Shown piece after piece: positions 1 to 21,030 of a DNA stretch of 64,000 nt (position 1 is its first letter; every line of letters begins with the position of its first letter). Both the position numbers and the translations under genes were made by a program. A model generated the notes under the pieces. That model made no database searches, had not been told where the DNA came from, and saw only the letters and a program-made list of their open reading frames with translations. Source of the stretch: the human T2T-CHM13v2.0 reference genome, Homo sapiens; assembly GCF_009914755.1 (NCBI RefSeq), contig NC_060940.1; one strand, given 5' to 3'.

Positions 1-1754
1 TTTGTATAAGGTGTAAGGAAGGGATCCAGTTTCAGTTTTCTGCATATGGCTAGCCAGTTCTCCCAATACTACTTATTAAATAGAGAATCCTTTCCCCATT
101 GCTTGTTTTTGTCAGGTTTGTCAAAGATCAGATGGTTGTACATGTGTGGTCTTATTTCTGAGTTCTCTGTTCTGTTTCATTGGTCTTTGTGTCTGTTTTT
201 GTACCAGTACCATGCTGTTTTGGTTACTGTAGCCTTGTAGTATAGTTTGAAGTCGGGTAACGTGATGCCTCTAGCTGTGTTCTTTTTGCTTAAGATTGTT
301 TTAGCTATACGGGCTCTCTTTTGGTTCCATATGAATTTTAAAATAGTTTTTTCTAATTCTGTGAAGAATGTCAATAGTATTTTAATGGGAGTAGCATTGA
401 ATCTATAATTTGCTTTGGGCAGTGTGGCTGTTTTCACAATATTGATTCTTCCTATCCATGAGCATGGAATGTTTTTCCATGTTTGTGTCCTCTCCGATTT
501 CCTTGAGCAGTGGTTTGTAGTTCTCCTTGAAGAGGTCCTTCACTTCCCTTGTTAGCTGTGTTCCTAGGTATTTTATTCTCTTTGTAGCAATTGTGAATGG
601 GAGTTCATTCTTGATTTGGCTCTTTGCTTGTCTCTTGTTGGCGTAAAGGAATGCTTGTGACTTTTGCACATTGATTTTGTATCCTGAGACTTTGCTGAAG
701 TTGCTTATCAGCTTAAGCTTTTGGGCTGAGACTAGGGGGTTTTCTAGATAGAGGATCATGCCATCTGCAAACAAAGACAATTTGACTCCCTCTCTTCCTA
801 TGCGAATACCCTGTATTTCTTTCTCTTGCCTCATTGCCCTGGCCAGAATTTCCATTACTATGTTGAATAGGAGTGGTGAGATAGGGGCATCCTTGTCTTG
901 TGTCAATATTCAAGGGGAACACTGTCAGCTTTTGCGTATCCAGTATGACATTGGATGTGGGTTTGTCTTAAATGGCTCTTATTATTTTGAGGTTTGTTCC
1001 TCCGATACCTAGTTTATTGAGAGTTTTTAACATGAAGTGATGTTGAATTTTATCGAAGGCCTTTTCTGCATCTATTGAGATAATCATGTGATTTTTGTCT
1101 TTAGTTCTGTTTATGTGATGGATTACATCTATTGATTTGAATATGTTGAACCAGCCTTGCATTCTGGGAATGAAGCTGACTTGATCCTGGTCGATAAGCT
1201 TTTTGATGTGCTGCTGGATTCGGTTTACCAGTATTTATTTGAGGATTTTGGGATCAATGTTCATCAGTGATATTGGCCTGTAGTTTTCTTTTTTTGTTAT
1301 ATCTCTTTCAGGTTTTGGTATCAGGATAATGCTGGCCTCATAAAATGAGTTAGGGAGTAGTCCTTCCTTTTCGGTTGTTTGGAATAGTTTCGGAAGAAAT
1401 GGTACCAGCTTCTCTTTGTACCTCTGGTAGAATTCAGCTGTAAATCTTTCTGGTCCTGGGCTTATTTTGGTTGGTAGGCTATGTATTACTGCCTCAATTT
1501 CATAACTCATTATTGGTCTGTTCAGGTATTCAGCTTCTTTCTGGTTCAGTCTTAGGAGGGTGTATGTGTCCAGGAATTTATCAGTGTCTTCTAAGTTTTC
1601 TAGTTTATTTGCATAAAGGTGTTTATAGTATTCTCTGTGGTGGTTTGTATTTCTGTGGGGTCAGTGGTGATATCTGCTTTATCATTTTTTATTGTGTTGA
1701 TTTGATTCTTGTCTCTTTTCTTCATTAGCCTAGCCAAGCTCCTGGATGAGTTGT

Positions 1755-2368
<614 letters not shown>

Positions 2369-3955
2369 ATTTTTTTTTTTAAGGGTTTTTTTGTGTCTCT
2401 GTCTCCTTCAGTTCTGCTCTGATCTTGGTTATGTCTTGTCTTCTGCTAGATTTGGGGTTTGTTTACTCTTGGTTCTCTAGTCTTTTAGTTGTGATATTAG
2501 GATGTCGATTTGAGTTTTTTCTGGCTTTTTGATGTGGGCATTTAGTGCTATAAATTTCCCTCTTAACACTGCTTTAGCTATATCCCAGAGATTCTGGTAC
2601 ATTGTCTCTTTGTTCTCATTGGTTTCAAATAACTTCTTGATTTCTGCCTTAATTTCATTTTTTACCCAGAAGTCATTCAGGGGCAGGTTGTTCAATTTCC
2701 ATGTAGTTGTGTGGGTTTGAGTGAGTTTCTTAATGTTGAGTTCTAATTTGATTGCGCTGTGGTCTGAGAGACAGTTATGATTTCATTTCTTTTGCATTTG
2801 CTGAGGAGTGTTTTACTTCCAAGTATGTGATCGAATCTAGAGTAAGTGCCATGTGGCACTGAGAAGAATGTATATTCTGTTTTTGGGTAAGTCTACTTGA
2901 TCACAGCTGAACTCAAGTCCTGAATATCTTTGTTAATTTTTTGTCTCGATGATCTGTCTGATATTGACAGTGGGGTGTTAAGTCTCCCACTATTGTTGTG
3001 TGGGAGTCTAAGTCTCTTTGTAGGTTTCTAAAAACTTGTTTTATGAAACTGAGTGTGCCTGTATTGGGTGCATATATATTTAGGATAGTTAGCTCTTCTT
3101 GTTGAATTGAACCCTTTACCATGCTGTATGCCCTTCTTTGTCTTTTTTTGATCTTGTTGGTTTAAAATCTGTTTTGTCAGAAACTAGGATTGCAACCCCT
3201 GCTTTTTTCCTGCCTTCCATTTGCTTTGTAAATTTTCCTCCATCTCTTTATTTTGAGCCTGTGCATGTCTTTGCATGTTAGATGGGTCTCTTGAATACAG
3301 CACACCAATGGTTCTTGTCTTTTTAGCCAGCTAACCATTTTGTGTATTTTAATTGGGGTATTTAGTCCATTTACTTTTAAGGTTAATATTGTTATGTGTG
3401 AATTTGGTCCTGTCATCATAATGCTGGCTGGTTATTTTGCAGACGTGTTAATGTAGTTGCTTCATAGTGTCATTCGTCTGTGTACTTGAGTGTGTTTTTG
3501 TAGTGGCTGATAATGGTTTTTGCTTTCCATATTTAGTGCTTCCTTCAGGAATTCTTGTAAAGCAGACCTGGTGGTGCTGAATTCCCTCATTATTTGCTTG
3601 TCTGAAAAGGACTTTATTTCTCTTTCACTTACGAAGCTTAATTTGTCCGGATATGACATTTGGGTTGGAAATTCTTTTCTAAGAATGTTGAATATTGGCA
3701 TCCAATCTCTTCTGGCTTGTAGGGTTTCTGCTGAGAGGTCCACTGTTAGTTTGATGGGCTTACCTTTGTGGTGATCTGTCCTCTCTCCCTGCGCTTAACA
3801 TTTTTTCCTTCATTTCAACCTTGGAGAATCTGATGATAATGTGTTTTGGGATTGATCTTCTCATGGAGTATCTTACTGGGTTTCTCTGAATTTCCTGAAT
3901 TTGAATGGTGGCCTATCTTGCTAGGTTGGGGAAGTTCTCATGGATGATACCGTGA

Positions 3956-4330
<375 letters not shown>

Positions 4331-4392
4331 GTTCATTCTTTTAAATAATCCCATAGTTCTTGGAGGTTTTGTTCATTTCTTTTCATTTTTTC

Positions 4393-4538
4393 TTTTTCGT
4401 TTTTTTTTTTTTTTTTTTTTTTGAGACGGAGTCTCGCTCTGTCGCCCAGGCCGGACTGCGGACTGCAGTGGCGCAATCTCGGCTCACTGCAAGCTCCGCT
4501 TCCTGGGTTCACGCCATTCTCCTGCCTCAGCCTCCCGA
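4393..4538 (-). mobile_element. 5'-truncated AluYb8-lineage element
   Basis: Diagnostic 7-bp duplication GGACTGC GGACTGC at 4453-4466 (CAGTCCGCAGTCCGGCC on the Alu strand). Confidence 0.9.
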
Positions 4539-6280
4539 CATTTTTTTTTTTTCTCTAACCTTGTTTGCCCGTCTTATTTTAGCAAGATAGTCTTCAAGCT
4601 CTGATATCCTTTCCTCTGCCTGGTCTGTTCAGCTGTTGATACTTGTGGTTGTATTGTGAAGCTCTCCTGTTGTGTTTTTCAGCTCAATCAGGTCATTTAT
4701 GTTCCTCTGTATACTAGCCATTCTGGTTAACAGCTCCTGTAATGTTTTATCATGGTTTTTCGCTTCTTTGCCTTGGGTTAAAACATACTCCTTTAGCTCA
4801 GCGAAGTTTGTTATTACCTACCTTTTGAAGCCTACTTCTGTCAATTCATTCTTCTCTGCCTCAGCCCAGTTCTCTGCCCTTGATGGAGAAGTGTTGCAAT
4901 CATTTAGAGAAGAGACACTCTGGCTCTTTGAGATTTCAGCGTTCTTGCATTGATTCTTTCTCATCTTTGTGGATTTATCTGCCTTTGATCTTTGAGGCTG
5001 CTGACCTTTGGATAGGGTTTTTGTGGGATCTTTTGTGTTGATGTTGTTGTTGTTGCTTTCTGTTTGTTTTTCTTTTAATAGTAAGGCCCCTCTTCCATAG
5101 GGTAGGGCTGCTGCAGTTTACTAGGGGACCACTCCTGACCTAATTCATCTACCCCCTCCTGCACCTGGAGGTATAAGCAGTGGAGGCTGCAGAACAGCAA
5201 AGATGGCTGCCTCCTCCTCTGGGAGCTTCATCCCAGAAGGCACGGAGCTGATGCTGGCTGGAACGCTCCTGTATCAGGTGCCTGGTGACCCCAGTTGGGA
5301 GGTCTCACCCAGTCAGGAGGGATGGGATCAGGAACCTGCTTAAAGAAGCAGTCTGACTGCCCCTTGGCTGAGCAGGTTCGGCTGTGCTGGGGAGAATTCC
5401 CCTCATCTGGACTGCCAACAGGCAGGAAAGACTAGGTCAGCTGAACCATGAGACCATGACCACCCCTACCCGTAGAGGCTCCTTCCCAGGGATATCAGAG
5501 TTCTGTCCATAAACTCCTGGCTAGAGTTACTGCAGTTCCTGCAAGGAGGTTCTGCCTGGTGAAGAGAGAAGGATCTGGGTCCCACCTAAGGAAACAATCT
5601 GGCCACGATCTGCCACCGCCACTGTGTTGTGCTGTGGGGAATTCCTCTTCGTCCAAACCGCCAAGTTTCCCCAACACCAGCAAAGGAAAATGGCAGACTG
5701 GAGCCGCAGTGATGGCGACTGCCCCTTTCCGTGGGAACTTGGTAGTCTTAGGCAGTGTCCAGCCTGCTGCTGCTAGCCACAACCTGAGCAGGTTGCACAG
5801 CTCTGTGCTTGGGTCCCAAGGCCTTGGTGGCGTGGGCTCATGAGGGGATTTCCTGATCCATGGGATGTACAGATCTGTGGAAAAAGTCTGGTTTCCCGCG
5901 CAGGGTAGCACAGTTACTCACCACCTCCCTTGGCTGGGTGTGGGAGTTCGCCTTTGTGGCTACCAGGTCAGGTTGTCGCTCTACCCTGCTTTTCCTAGCT
6001 CTGTGTGGATCACACCAACCACCTAGTCAGTCCCAGTGAGAGAACCTGGATACCTCAGTTGACGGAGCAGGATTCACTGGCCGTTTTTGCTCTTCTTAGT
6101 GGGAGCCGCAGACTGGAGTGGCTTCTAATCAGCCATCTTGGCTCCTCCTGCCTAAACTAGTGTTTTCTTAACTTCTTTGCAAATGTTTTTTCTTGAAGTT
6201 GTTTCTTTCACACTATTCATGGAGGCTAATTGTTTAGTCACTTTAAACTCTGCATTGACTCTTCAATAAATAACAACTGA

Positions 6281-7508
<1,228 letters not shown>

Positions 7509-7869
7509 TAAATTTTTTTTCTTTTCCTGTGAGTTGGGAGTATTATGATGAATGCATTACTGTGGTAATGCATATATATGGCCATAATGTTATTGCACAT
7601 CTAATTTGATAACAGTATAACCACACTCCACTGTGCTTTAAAAGGGCAACATTCAAAGTCTACTTTTCTTTTTGTGTTATGCACTAGTAAAAATTTTTTT
7701 AAAGTCACAGTATATACGTATGCATTGCACTCATTAGAACTTTGTCACTGCAATTTGTGTCCATCAAGCAGCAATGTGAAGGAATAGGGGTAGTACATGT
7801 GGTCCCTTTGACAGTTACTCAGTTCTACCCTTGTGTGAAAATAACCATAGATAGTATATAAATGAATGA

Positions 7870-8115
7870 GCATGGTTGTGTTTCAGTAAAACGTTATTTA
7901 TGGATACCAGAATTTGAATCATAACTTTTTTTTGTCATGACACAGTTAAAAACAATTTTTTGAAACCATTTAAAACCATTAGTTTGTAGGCTATAGAAAG
8001 ACAAACTATTATCTGTAGGCTTTCTATAGCCTACAAACTAATGATTTTAAATGTGGCCTACCACTTGTTGGTGGGCCAGACTTGGCACATGGACTGTATT
8101 TTGCCAACCTCTGCT
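7870..8115. mobile_element. MER58-like hAT-Charlie DNA transposon relic containing an inverted duplication
   Basis: ggtgggccagacttggc...gtattttgccaacctctg end resembles MER58; family assignment from recall. Confidence 0.6.
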
Positions 8116-9079
8116 TCATACTATACATAAAAACATTCATAAGACAACTTGGGTTGTCCAGATTACTGTATGCTTGCATGAGTCCCTCTGGTGGTTGAAG
8201 GAACATGGAACAAGTAATTCTTGAGATGGTGAAATTTCTGAAGCACCTTGAATTTGAGAATTCTAGACTTGGAAATCTGGACTTAGGACTGTTCGTCATA
8301 GTTAGATTGTAGTAGCTGCTTATATCATTTCCAGAGGTTGGACACTTGGGAAAAAGATAAAGCAGCATTCCCACAAATTTTGTGTGCAGGTCTCTGCAGC
8401 ACTTTAAGACATCATTCTGACGTAGAAGATGTTTGCTTCATCTACAGTTTATTTGGGAGAAGGGTGTGGTTTTCAGCATTAGTCAACAACTGAAATGGGC
8501 TGGTACAATAATTTCATTTGAATAAACTGTAAAATCTTCTATGGGTGACTTTCTGTCCTTTTTTTTTTTTCTCAAAGGGTTGGGATTTAATTAATTTTTC
8601 CTATTTAATCAAGTACATTCTTAAGTAAAGGAAAAAGGCAGTTTGAAAATAAGCAGTACGATTAGATGAAATTAGTAAAGAACAAGTTGTTCTGGATGAC
8701 TTCAAGGTGCTATATATACCCTTTGAACTGTTTGCTTGTTTTTCCTGTCTCTCCTTTTCTTTGCAGCCATCTTCTCTCATTTTAGATTTCCTGCTTCTAA
8801 TCTGTGGACTAGATAAGCATATAATATTATGGGATCTAAAATTGAGTAGAGAGGATCTGAACAAGGGGCCAAGGAAAATTTCTGTGAGTTAAACACATGA
8901 GCTTTTATGCTGTATATTTTGAGTGTTCAGAGGCTTGTTTTACTTCTGTCCACTTGAGTACCATTTAGATAGGTGACATTGTGAGCTAAGTTTTAGAAAG
9001 TTTTAGCTACCATCATAATTCAACAGGCTGATAGCATTGCCAAGAAACATGGTTCAAAAATTCCTAATTGAGGATTTTG

Positions 9080-9225
9080 CTCCTAAATTTATATCAGATC
9101 ATATATATCAAATGGTGATACTTTTCTGTTTAGAATGCTCCATTGGTTTCCCATCTCGCAAGGCCTTACTTGACTAGCCTCTCCCTGAGCACCCCTAGCT
9201 CTCATTATTCTGCCTCCTTACTCAG
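9080..9225 (+). repeat. 146-bp direct duplicate, copy 1 (copy 2 at 11117-11262)
   Basis: Manual alignment: 6 substitutions, no gaps. Confidence 0.95.
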
Positions 9226-9267
9226 GAGTAACATAGATTCTCTAAGGGAAGCAATTCCAACAACCTT

Positions 9268-9571
9268 ATTTATTTATTTAGACAGGGTCTTGCTCTGTCA
9301 CCGAGGATGGAGTGCAATGGCGCTATCTTGGCTTACAGCAACCTCCGAATCTCAGGCTCAAACGACCCTCCTGCCTCAGCCTCTCAGGTAGCTGGGACTA
9401 CAGTACAGGCATGTGCCACCATGCCTGGCTACTTTTTGTATTTTTATTTTTGTAGAAATGGGTTTTTGCCACATCGTCCAGGCTGGTCTCGAACTCCTGA
9501 ACTCAAGCCATTTGCCTGCCTCGGCCTCCCAAAGTTCTGGGATTACAGGTGTGAGCCACCATGTCCGGCCC
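9268..9571 (-). mobile_element. Alu (J-like)
   Basis: Alu consensus similarity. Confidence 0.88.
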
Positions 9572-9659
9572 CAACAACTTGAACAAATGATTTATTATAG
9601 ACCTAATAAATGTCAGGGACTTACTTGGTAGGTACTGGAGATACAGCAGTTGAAGTTGT

Positions 9660-11650
<1,991 letters not shown>

Positions 11651-11770
11651 TCATGTTGTTTCCAGTGTAGACAGAATAGGTATATGTGGTTGAAAAATGA
11701 ACAGCACAAAGTTAGCTCCCCAAAAATGGCAAAGTGAAATAAAGAAACATTTCTGAAGAACATTGTTGAA

Positions 11771-12510
11771 CTGTAATCCCAGCACTTTGGGAGGCTGGGG
11801 CAGTTGGATTGCCTGAGCCCAGGAGTTCAAGATTAGGCTGGGCAACAAAACGAGACCCTGTCTCTACAAAAAAAAAAAAAAAAAATTGCTGGGAGTGGTG
11901 GCATGCACCTGTGGTCTCGGCTACTTGAAAGGTTGAGGTGGGAGGATCACTTGACCCAGAAGTTTGAGGCAGCAGTGAGCTATGAGTGCACCACTGCACT
12001 CCAGCCTGGGTGACAGAGCGAGACCTAGTCTCAAAAAAAAAAAAAAAAGTCCGGGTGTGGTGGCTCATGCTTGTAATCCTGGCACTTTGGGAGGCCAAGG
12101 AGGGTAGATTGCTTGGGGTCAGGAGTTTGAGACCAGCCTGGACAACATGGCAAAACCCTGTCTCTACTAAAAATAACAAAAATTAGCCGAGTGTCATGGC
12201 AGGCACCTGTAATTCCAGCTACTTGGGAGGCTGAGGCTTGAGAATCGCCTGAACTTCGGAGGCAGAGGTTGCAGTGAGCCAAGATCGCACCACTGCATTC
12301 AAGCCAGAGAGAGACTCTGTCTCAGAAAAAAAAAAAAAAAAAAAAATTAGCTAGGCATGGTGGCGAGTGCCTGTAGTCCCAGCTACTCAGGAGACTGAGA
12401 CAGGAGGCAGGAGAATTGCTTGAATCCAGGAGGCAAGATTGCGCCACAGCACTCCAGCCTGGGCGACAGAGCAAGACTCCATCTCAAACAAACAAACAAA
12501 CAAACAAAGA
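11771..12510 (+). mobile_element. Cluster of sense Alus (two near-full plus a right arm)
   Basis: Alu consensus with A-tails and a (CAAA)n tail. Confidence 0.9.
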
Positions 12511-12567
12511 AAAACCCACTTTTGGAACTCTCCTACCTTTGACTACTTGTTATGTTGGATAATATAT

Positions 12568-12914
12568 ACAGGTTGATAATGCAGGTTGTTATGTTGGATA
12601 ATATATACAGGTCATATTCAAAATCTGGAATGTTCCAATATCCTATACTTTTTAGCTCTGACATGATGCCACAAGTGGAGAATTCTTAACACAGACTTTT
12701 TTTCATTCACCGAATTATTAAAAAATATTGTCCAAAATTACCTTTCAGGCTATGTGAATAAGGTATATATGAAACATAAGTGTATTTCATGTTTAGACTT
12801 GGGTCCCATATCAAGATATCTCATTGTGTATTTGTAAATGGGCCAAAAAAAAAAAATCCAAAATCCCAAGCACTTCTGGCCTCAAGCATTTTGGATAAGG
12901 GATATTCAGCCTGT
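12568..12914. mobile_element. Tigger4/MER46-like DNA transposon
   Basis: tacaggttga left end and gggatattcagcctgt right end resemble the Tigger4 TIR. Confidence 0.7.
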
Positions 12915-12981
12915 GTCCCCTCCCCCTTTTTCAGCTACATTGAGTTGGATTTTCTGTTCTTTGCAGCCTAGGAATATCTCA

Positions 12982-13012
<31 letters not shown>

Positions 13013-13442
13013 TTTTTGAGACGGAGTCTTGCTGTGTCACCCAGGCTGGAGTACAGTGGCGTGATCTGAGCTCACTGCAGCCTGTATGCTATGAGTATTT
13101 TTTAGAATTATGGATGTGTTTTTTTTTTTTTAATAAACACATTTATTGAGCTGGGCACAGACGCTCCCTCACACCTGTAATCCCAGCACTTTGGGAGGCT
13201 AAGGTGGGAGGATAGCTTGAGCCCAGCCTTGGCAACAAAGCAAGGCCCTGTGTCTACCAAAAATGACAATAAAAAGTAACCAGGAGTGTGGCATGTACCT
13301 GTGTCCCAGCTACTCCAGAGGCTGAGGAAAGGATCACTTGAGCCTAGGATGGGAGGTTGAGGCTTTAGTGAGCTATGATCACACCATTGCACTCCAGTCT
13401 AGGTGAGAGAGTGAGACCCTGTCTCAAAAAAAAAAAAAAAAA
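12982..13442. mobile_element. Partial antisense Alu (12982-13083) and sense AluJ (13149-13442) just upstream of exon 2
   Basis: Alu consensus. Confidence 0.88.
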
Positions 13443-13738
13443 TCTTTTTCAGGGCATAATGTTTCCTGATTATCTTTTTAGAAAATGTGGACATAAAAAG
13501 GAAAAATTACATATGTAATTGTATATGTAATAATCACACATATCTGCAGAAATAACCAGATGCATTGAAAAAACACACACATGCCACTTCTTTAGTGGAG
13601 CTAATGACATACATTTTATATCCCACTTTTTTCTCTCGAGATTGTTATTATTTACTTTCTCATCTAGTAATTTATACATCTGAGTTTTCTAATTTCTTGT
13701 TTTGTTGGGTTTTTTTTTTTTTGCCTTCCTCCCCGTAG

Positions 13739-14873
13739 ATCTTGAGCCAGATGATTGTGCATCCATTTACATCTTTAATGTAGATCCACCTCCATCTACT
13801 TTAACCACACCACTTTGCTTACCACATCATGGATTACCGTCTCACTCTTCTGTTTTGTCACCATCGTTTCAGCTCCAAAGTCACAAAAACTATGAAGGAA
13901 CTTGTGAGATTCCTGAATCTAAATATAGCCCATTAGGTGGTCCCAAACCCTTTGAGTGCCCAAGTATTCAAATTACATCTATCTCTCCTAACTGTCATCA
14001 AGAATTAGATGCACATGAAGATGACCTACAGATAAATGACCCAGAACGGGAATTTTTGGAAAGGCCTTCTAGAGATCATCTCTATCTTCCTCTTGAGCCA
14101 TCCTACCGGGAGTCTTCTCTTAGTCCTAGTCCTGCCAGCAGCATCTCTTCTAGGAGTTGGTTCTCTGATGCATCTTCTTGTGAATCGCTTTCACATATTT
14201 ATGATGATGTGGACTCAGAGTTGAATGAAGCTGCAGCCCGATTTACCCTTGGATCCCCTCTGACTTCTCCTGGTGGCTCTCCAGGGGGCTGCCCTGGAGA
14301 AGAAACTTGGCATCAACAGTATGGACTTGGACACTCATTATCACCCAGGCAATCTCCTTGCCACTCTCCTAGATCCAGTGTCACTGATGAGAATTGGCTG
14401 AGCCCCAGGCCAGCCTCAGGACCCTCATCAAGGCCCACATCCCCCTGTGGGAAACGGAGGCACTCCAGTGCTGAAGTTTGTTATGCTGGGTCCCTTTCAC
14501 CCCATCACTCACCTGTTCCTTCACCTGGTCACTCCCCCAGGGGAAGTGTGACAGAAGATACGTGGCTCAATGCTTCTGTCCATGGTGGGTCAGGCCTTGG
14601 CCCTGCAGTTTTTCCATTTCAGTACTGTGTAGAGACTGACATCCCTCTCAAAACAAGGAAAACTTCTGAAGATCAAGCTGCCATACTACCAGGAAAATTA
14701 GAGCTGTGTTCAGATGACCAAGGGAGTTTATCACCAGCCCGGGAGACTTCAATAGATGATGGCCTTGGATCTCAGTATCCTTTAAAGAAAGATTCATGTG
14801 GTGATCAGTTTCTTTCAGTTCCTTCACCCTTTACCTGGAGCAAACCAAAGCCTGGCCACACCCCTATATTTCG
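13739..14873 (+). CDS. NFATC3: NFATC3 coding exon 2 (1135 bp): NFAT homology/regulatory region with PxIxIT (PSIQIT), serine-rich region, SP repeats, KRR NLS and LxVP (LSVP)
   Basis: ORF 13702-14877 gives [13 protein letters not shown]...PSIQIT...[17 protein letters not shown]...KRRHSS...[24 protein letters not shown], recognised as NFATc3. Polypyrimidine tract + ccccgtAG (13737-13738); donor CG|gtgagt at 14874. Phase 1 in, phase 2 out. Confidence 0.98.
13960..13977 (+). other. NFATC3: Calcineurin docking motif PxIxIT (PSIQIT)
   Basis: CCA AGT ATT CAA ATT ACA in the exon 2 frame; established NFAT motif. Confidence 0.95.
14812..14823 (+). other. NFATC3: Second calcineurin docking motif LxVP (LSVP)
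   Basis: CTT TCA GTT CCT within DQFLSVPSP; established NFAT motif. Confidence 0.9.
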
Positions 14874-15132
14874 GTGAGTTGATGGAAATGGCTGCTGGTC
14901 ATTTTTCATGTTTATGGGTCATTGGTGGCATATAACTACATTATCAGTATATAATGGTTATATAATGGTTTGACCATTTCTCCTCTTCCTATTTTTAAAA
15001 AAAATTTTACCAAATAACTTAATGTTTATTTTCATTTGCATCTTAAAAGTATTTTTAGATAGGTTAAATATAATTTTAAAATATATAGCTAATGAATTGT
15101 TGATAATAATAAATTACATTTAAAAATCCTTG

Positions 15133-16782
<1,650 letters not shown>

Positions 16783-17619
16783 ATGCTTTTTTCATTAGTG
16801 TGAATCTTTATTTCTCAATCCTGATCTTTAGAAAAATAGAATTATGGTAATGAAGACACCTTTGAACCCATCCCTTTGCTTCTGAAATTTATCTTAATTT
16901 TTCTAGTGGTTTGCTTAAGGCTGCAAAACAAATACAGAAGTAACTGAGAGTTGAAGTTGGATTTTTTCAAACTAATAAAAATTAATATCCTTGAATTCAC
17001 AGGAGTAGGACTTAAAGCTAGGCTGAGGACATGGAAGGAAACAATGAAATAATTTAGAAATTGTACTTGACCTGTAGACATACGAAGTTTTTCTTTTATA
17101 ATCCATGTTTTAATATATCAAAATGATCCTTTGGGCCTTTAAGCAATTTAAATTGTCTTACTGATAAAGTAAAAAAGTAACATTTAGAGTTGCTGGAGTG
17201 ACGGGTTGTTTTCCAACCAAGCATGTACCAAAATTAAATTTTTACTTCAAATTGCAGTATATTGCTGAATGGAAGCAGTTTTTCAGAGAGACAGGGAAAG
17301 GCGCAGTAGGAAGGAAGTAGGGAAAGGAGCAATAGGGAGGAAGTGCGGGAAGTGATAACTTCAGTAGGCTGACATCCAGAGATATGTACCAGGGAGGGAG
17401 ATAGACATCCTGACACAGAGAGAGATGTTTGGATATGTGGAGAGATACAGATATACATAAACAGAAATGTGCCTCTTTGTTTTAAAAAAATCAAATTATT
17501 ATTTTTTGGTTATTTTTGTTAAGTTCATACACATAGTTGAGAAAAATTTACAGTTTTATAAATTATAAGAATTTGTCTTTTTCAAAAAAATATGGGAAAC
17601 CAAAATGAAGATAAGATAG

Positions 17620-17935
<316 letters not shown>

Positions 17936-18198
17936 TTATTTTTATTTTCTAAAATTTATTTATCTTTAAGCATGTACCACCTTTGGGAAATAAAATAGAT
18001 TTTATTCTAAAGATGAAATAATTATTTATTAAGCACTCACCATAACCAGAATTGTAACTTACTAAATGAAGTTTTATTTTGTAATACATTGTTTCAAAGA
18101 TCAAAGGAAGAAATGTTGGTGCTGGCAAAGAAGCCATTTGAATCATTGCTTGGCAATAATAGCATGGTGACATGCATCTTTGTGTGTTTTGTTTGTAG

Positions 18199-18361
18199 CA
18201 CATCTTCATTACCTCCACTAGACTGGCCTTTACCAGCTCATTTTGGACAATGTGAACTGAAAATAGAAGTGCAACCTAAAACTCATCATCGAGCCCATTA
18301 TGAAACTGAAGGTAGCCGAGGGGCAGTAAAAGCATCTACTGGGGGACATCCTGTTGTGAAG
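18199..18361 (+). CDS. NFATC3: NFATC3 coding exon 3 (163 bp): start of Rel-homology domain incl. [11 protein letters not shown]-recognition loop
   Basis: tttgtAG|C ACA TCT...; (R)[54 protein letters not shown]; donor AAG|gtatga. Frame joins exon 2 (CG+C = Arg). Confidence 0.97.
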
Positions 18362-18683
18362 GTATGAGACTTTTGGGGCTTGTTTTGCAGATACCATACA
18401 CCTAGTGATGATTAGACAAGTCTATTCAGTTAGGTACTAGAGAGTGCAAAGAGCATAAACTCAAAACTAGAGAGCCTCTGTTGTTTTGGGGGCTTGTTGA
18501 TGTGACTACACTTGTGCATTGAGTTATATTTGCTAGGCTAAAAGATGTTCTTTCTGGACTGACTTTCCTTCTGGGGAGACTCTGGAGAAAGATTACAGTG
18601 GCCAAATAGCCGTTTTTCTGACAAACAAATATGGCCGTATTATATTTATGAATAAAATATATGCTCATTTAAAATTTAATACA

Positions 18684-21030
<2,347 letters not shown>

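Noticed and set aside
8024-8374. 116-aa minus-strand ORF
   Set aside because: No recognisable domain or splice context; partly overlaps the MER58 relic and hairpin
13702-13738. N-terminal [12 protein letters not shown] of the 391-aa ORF
   Set aside because: Translation of the intron polypyrimidine tract from a TTG; the real exon starts at 13739
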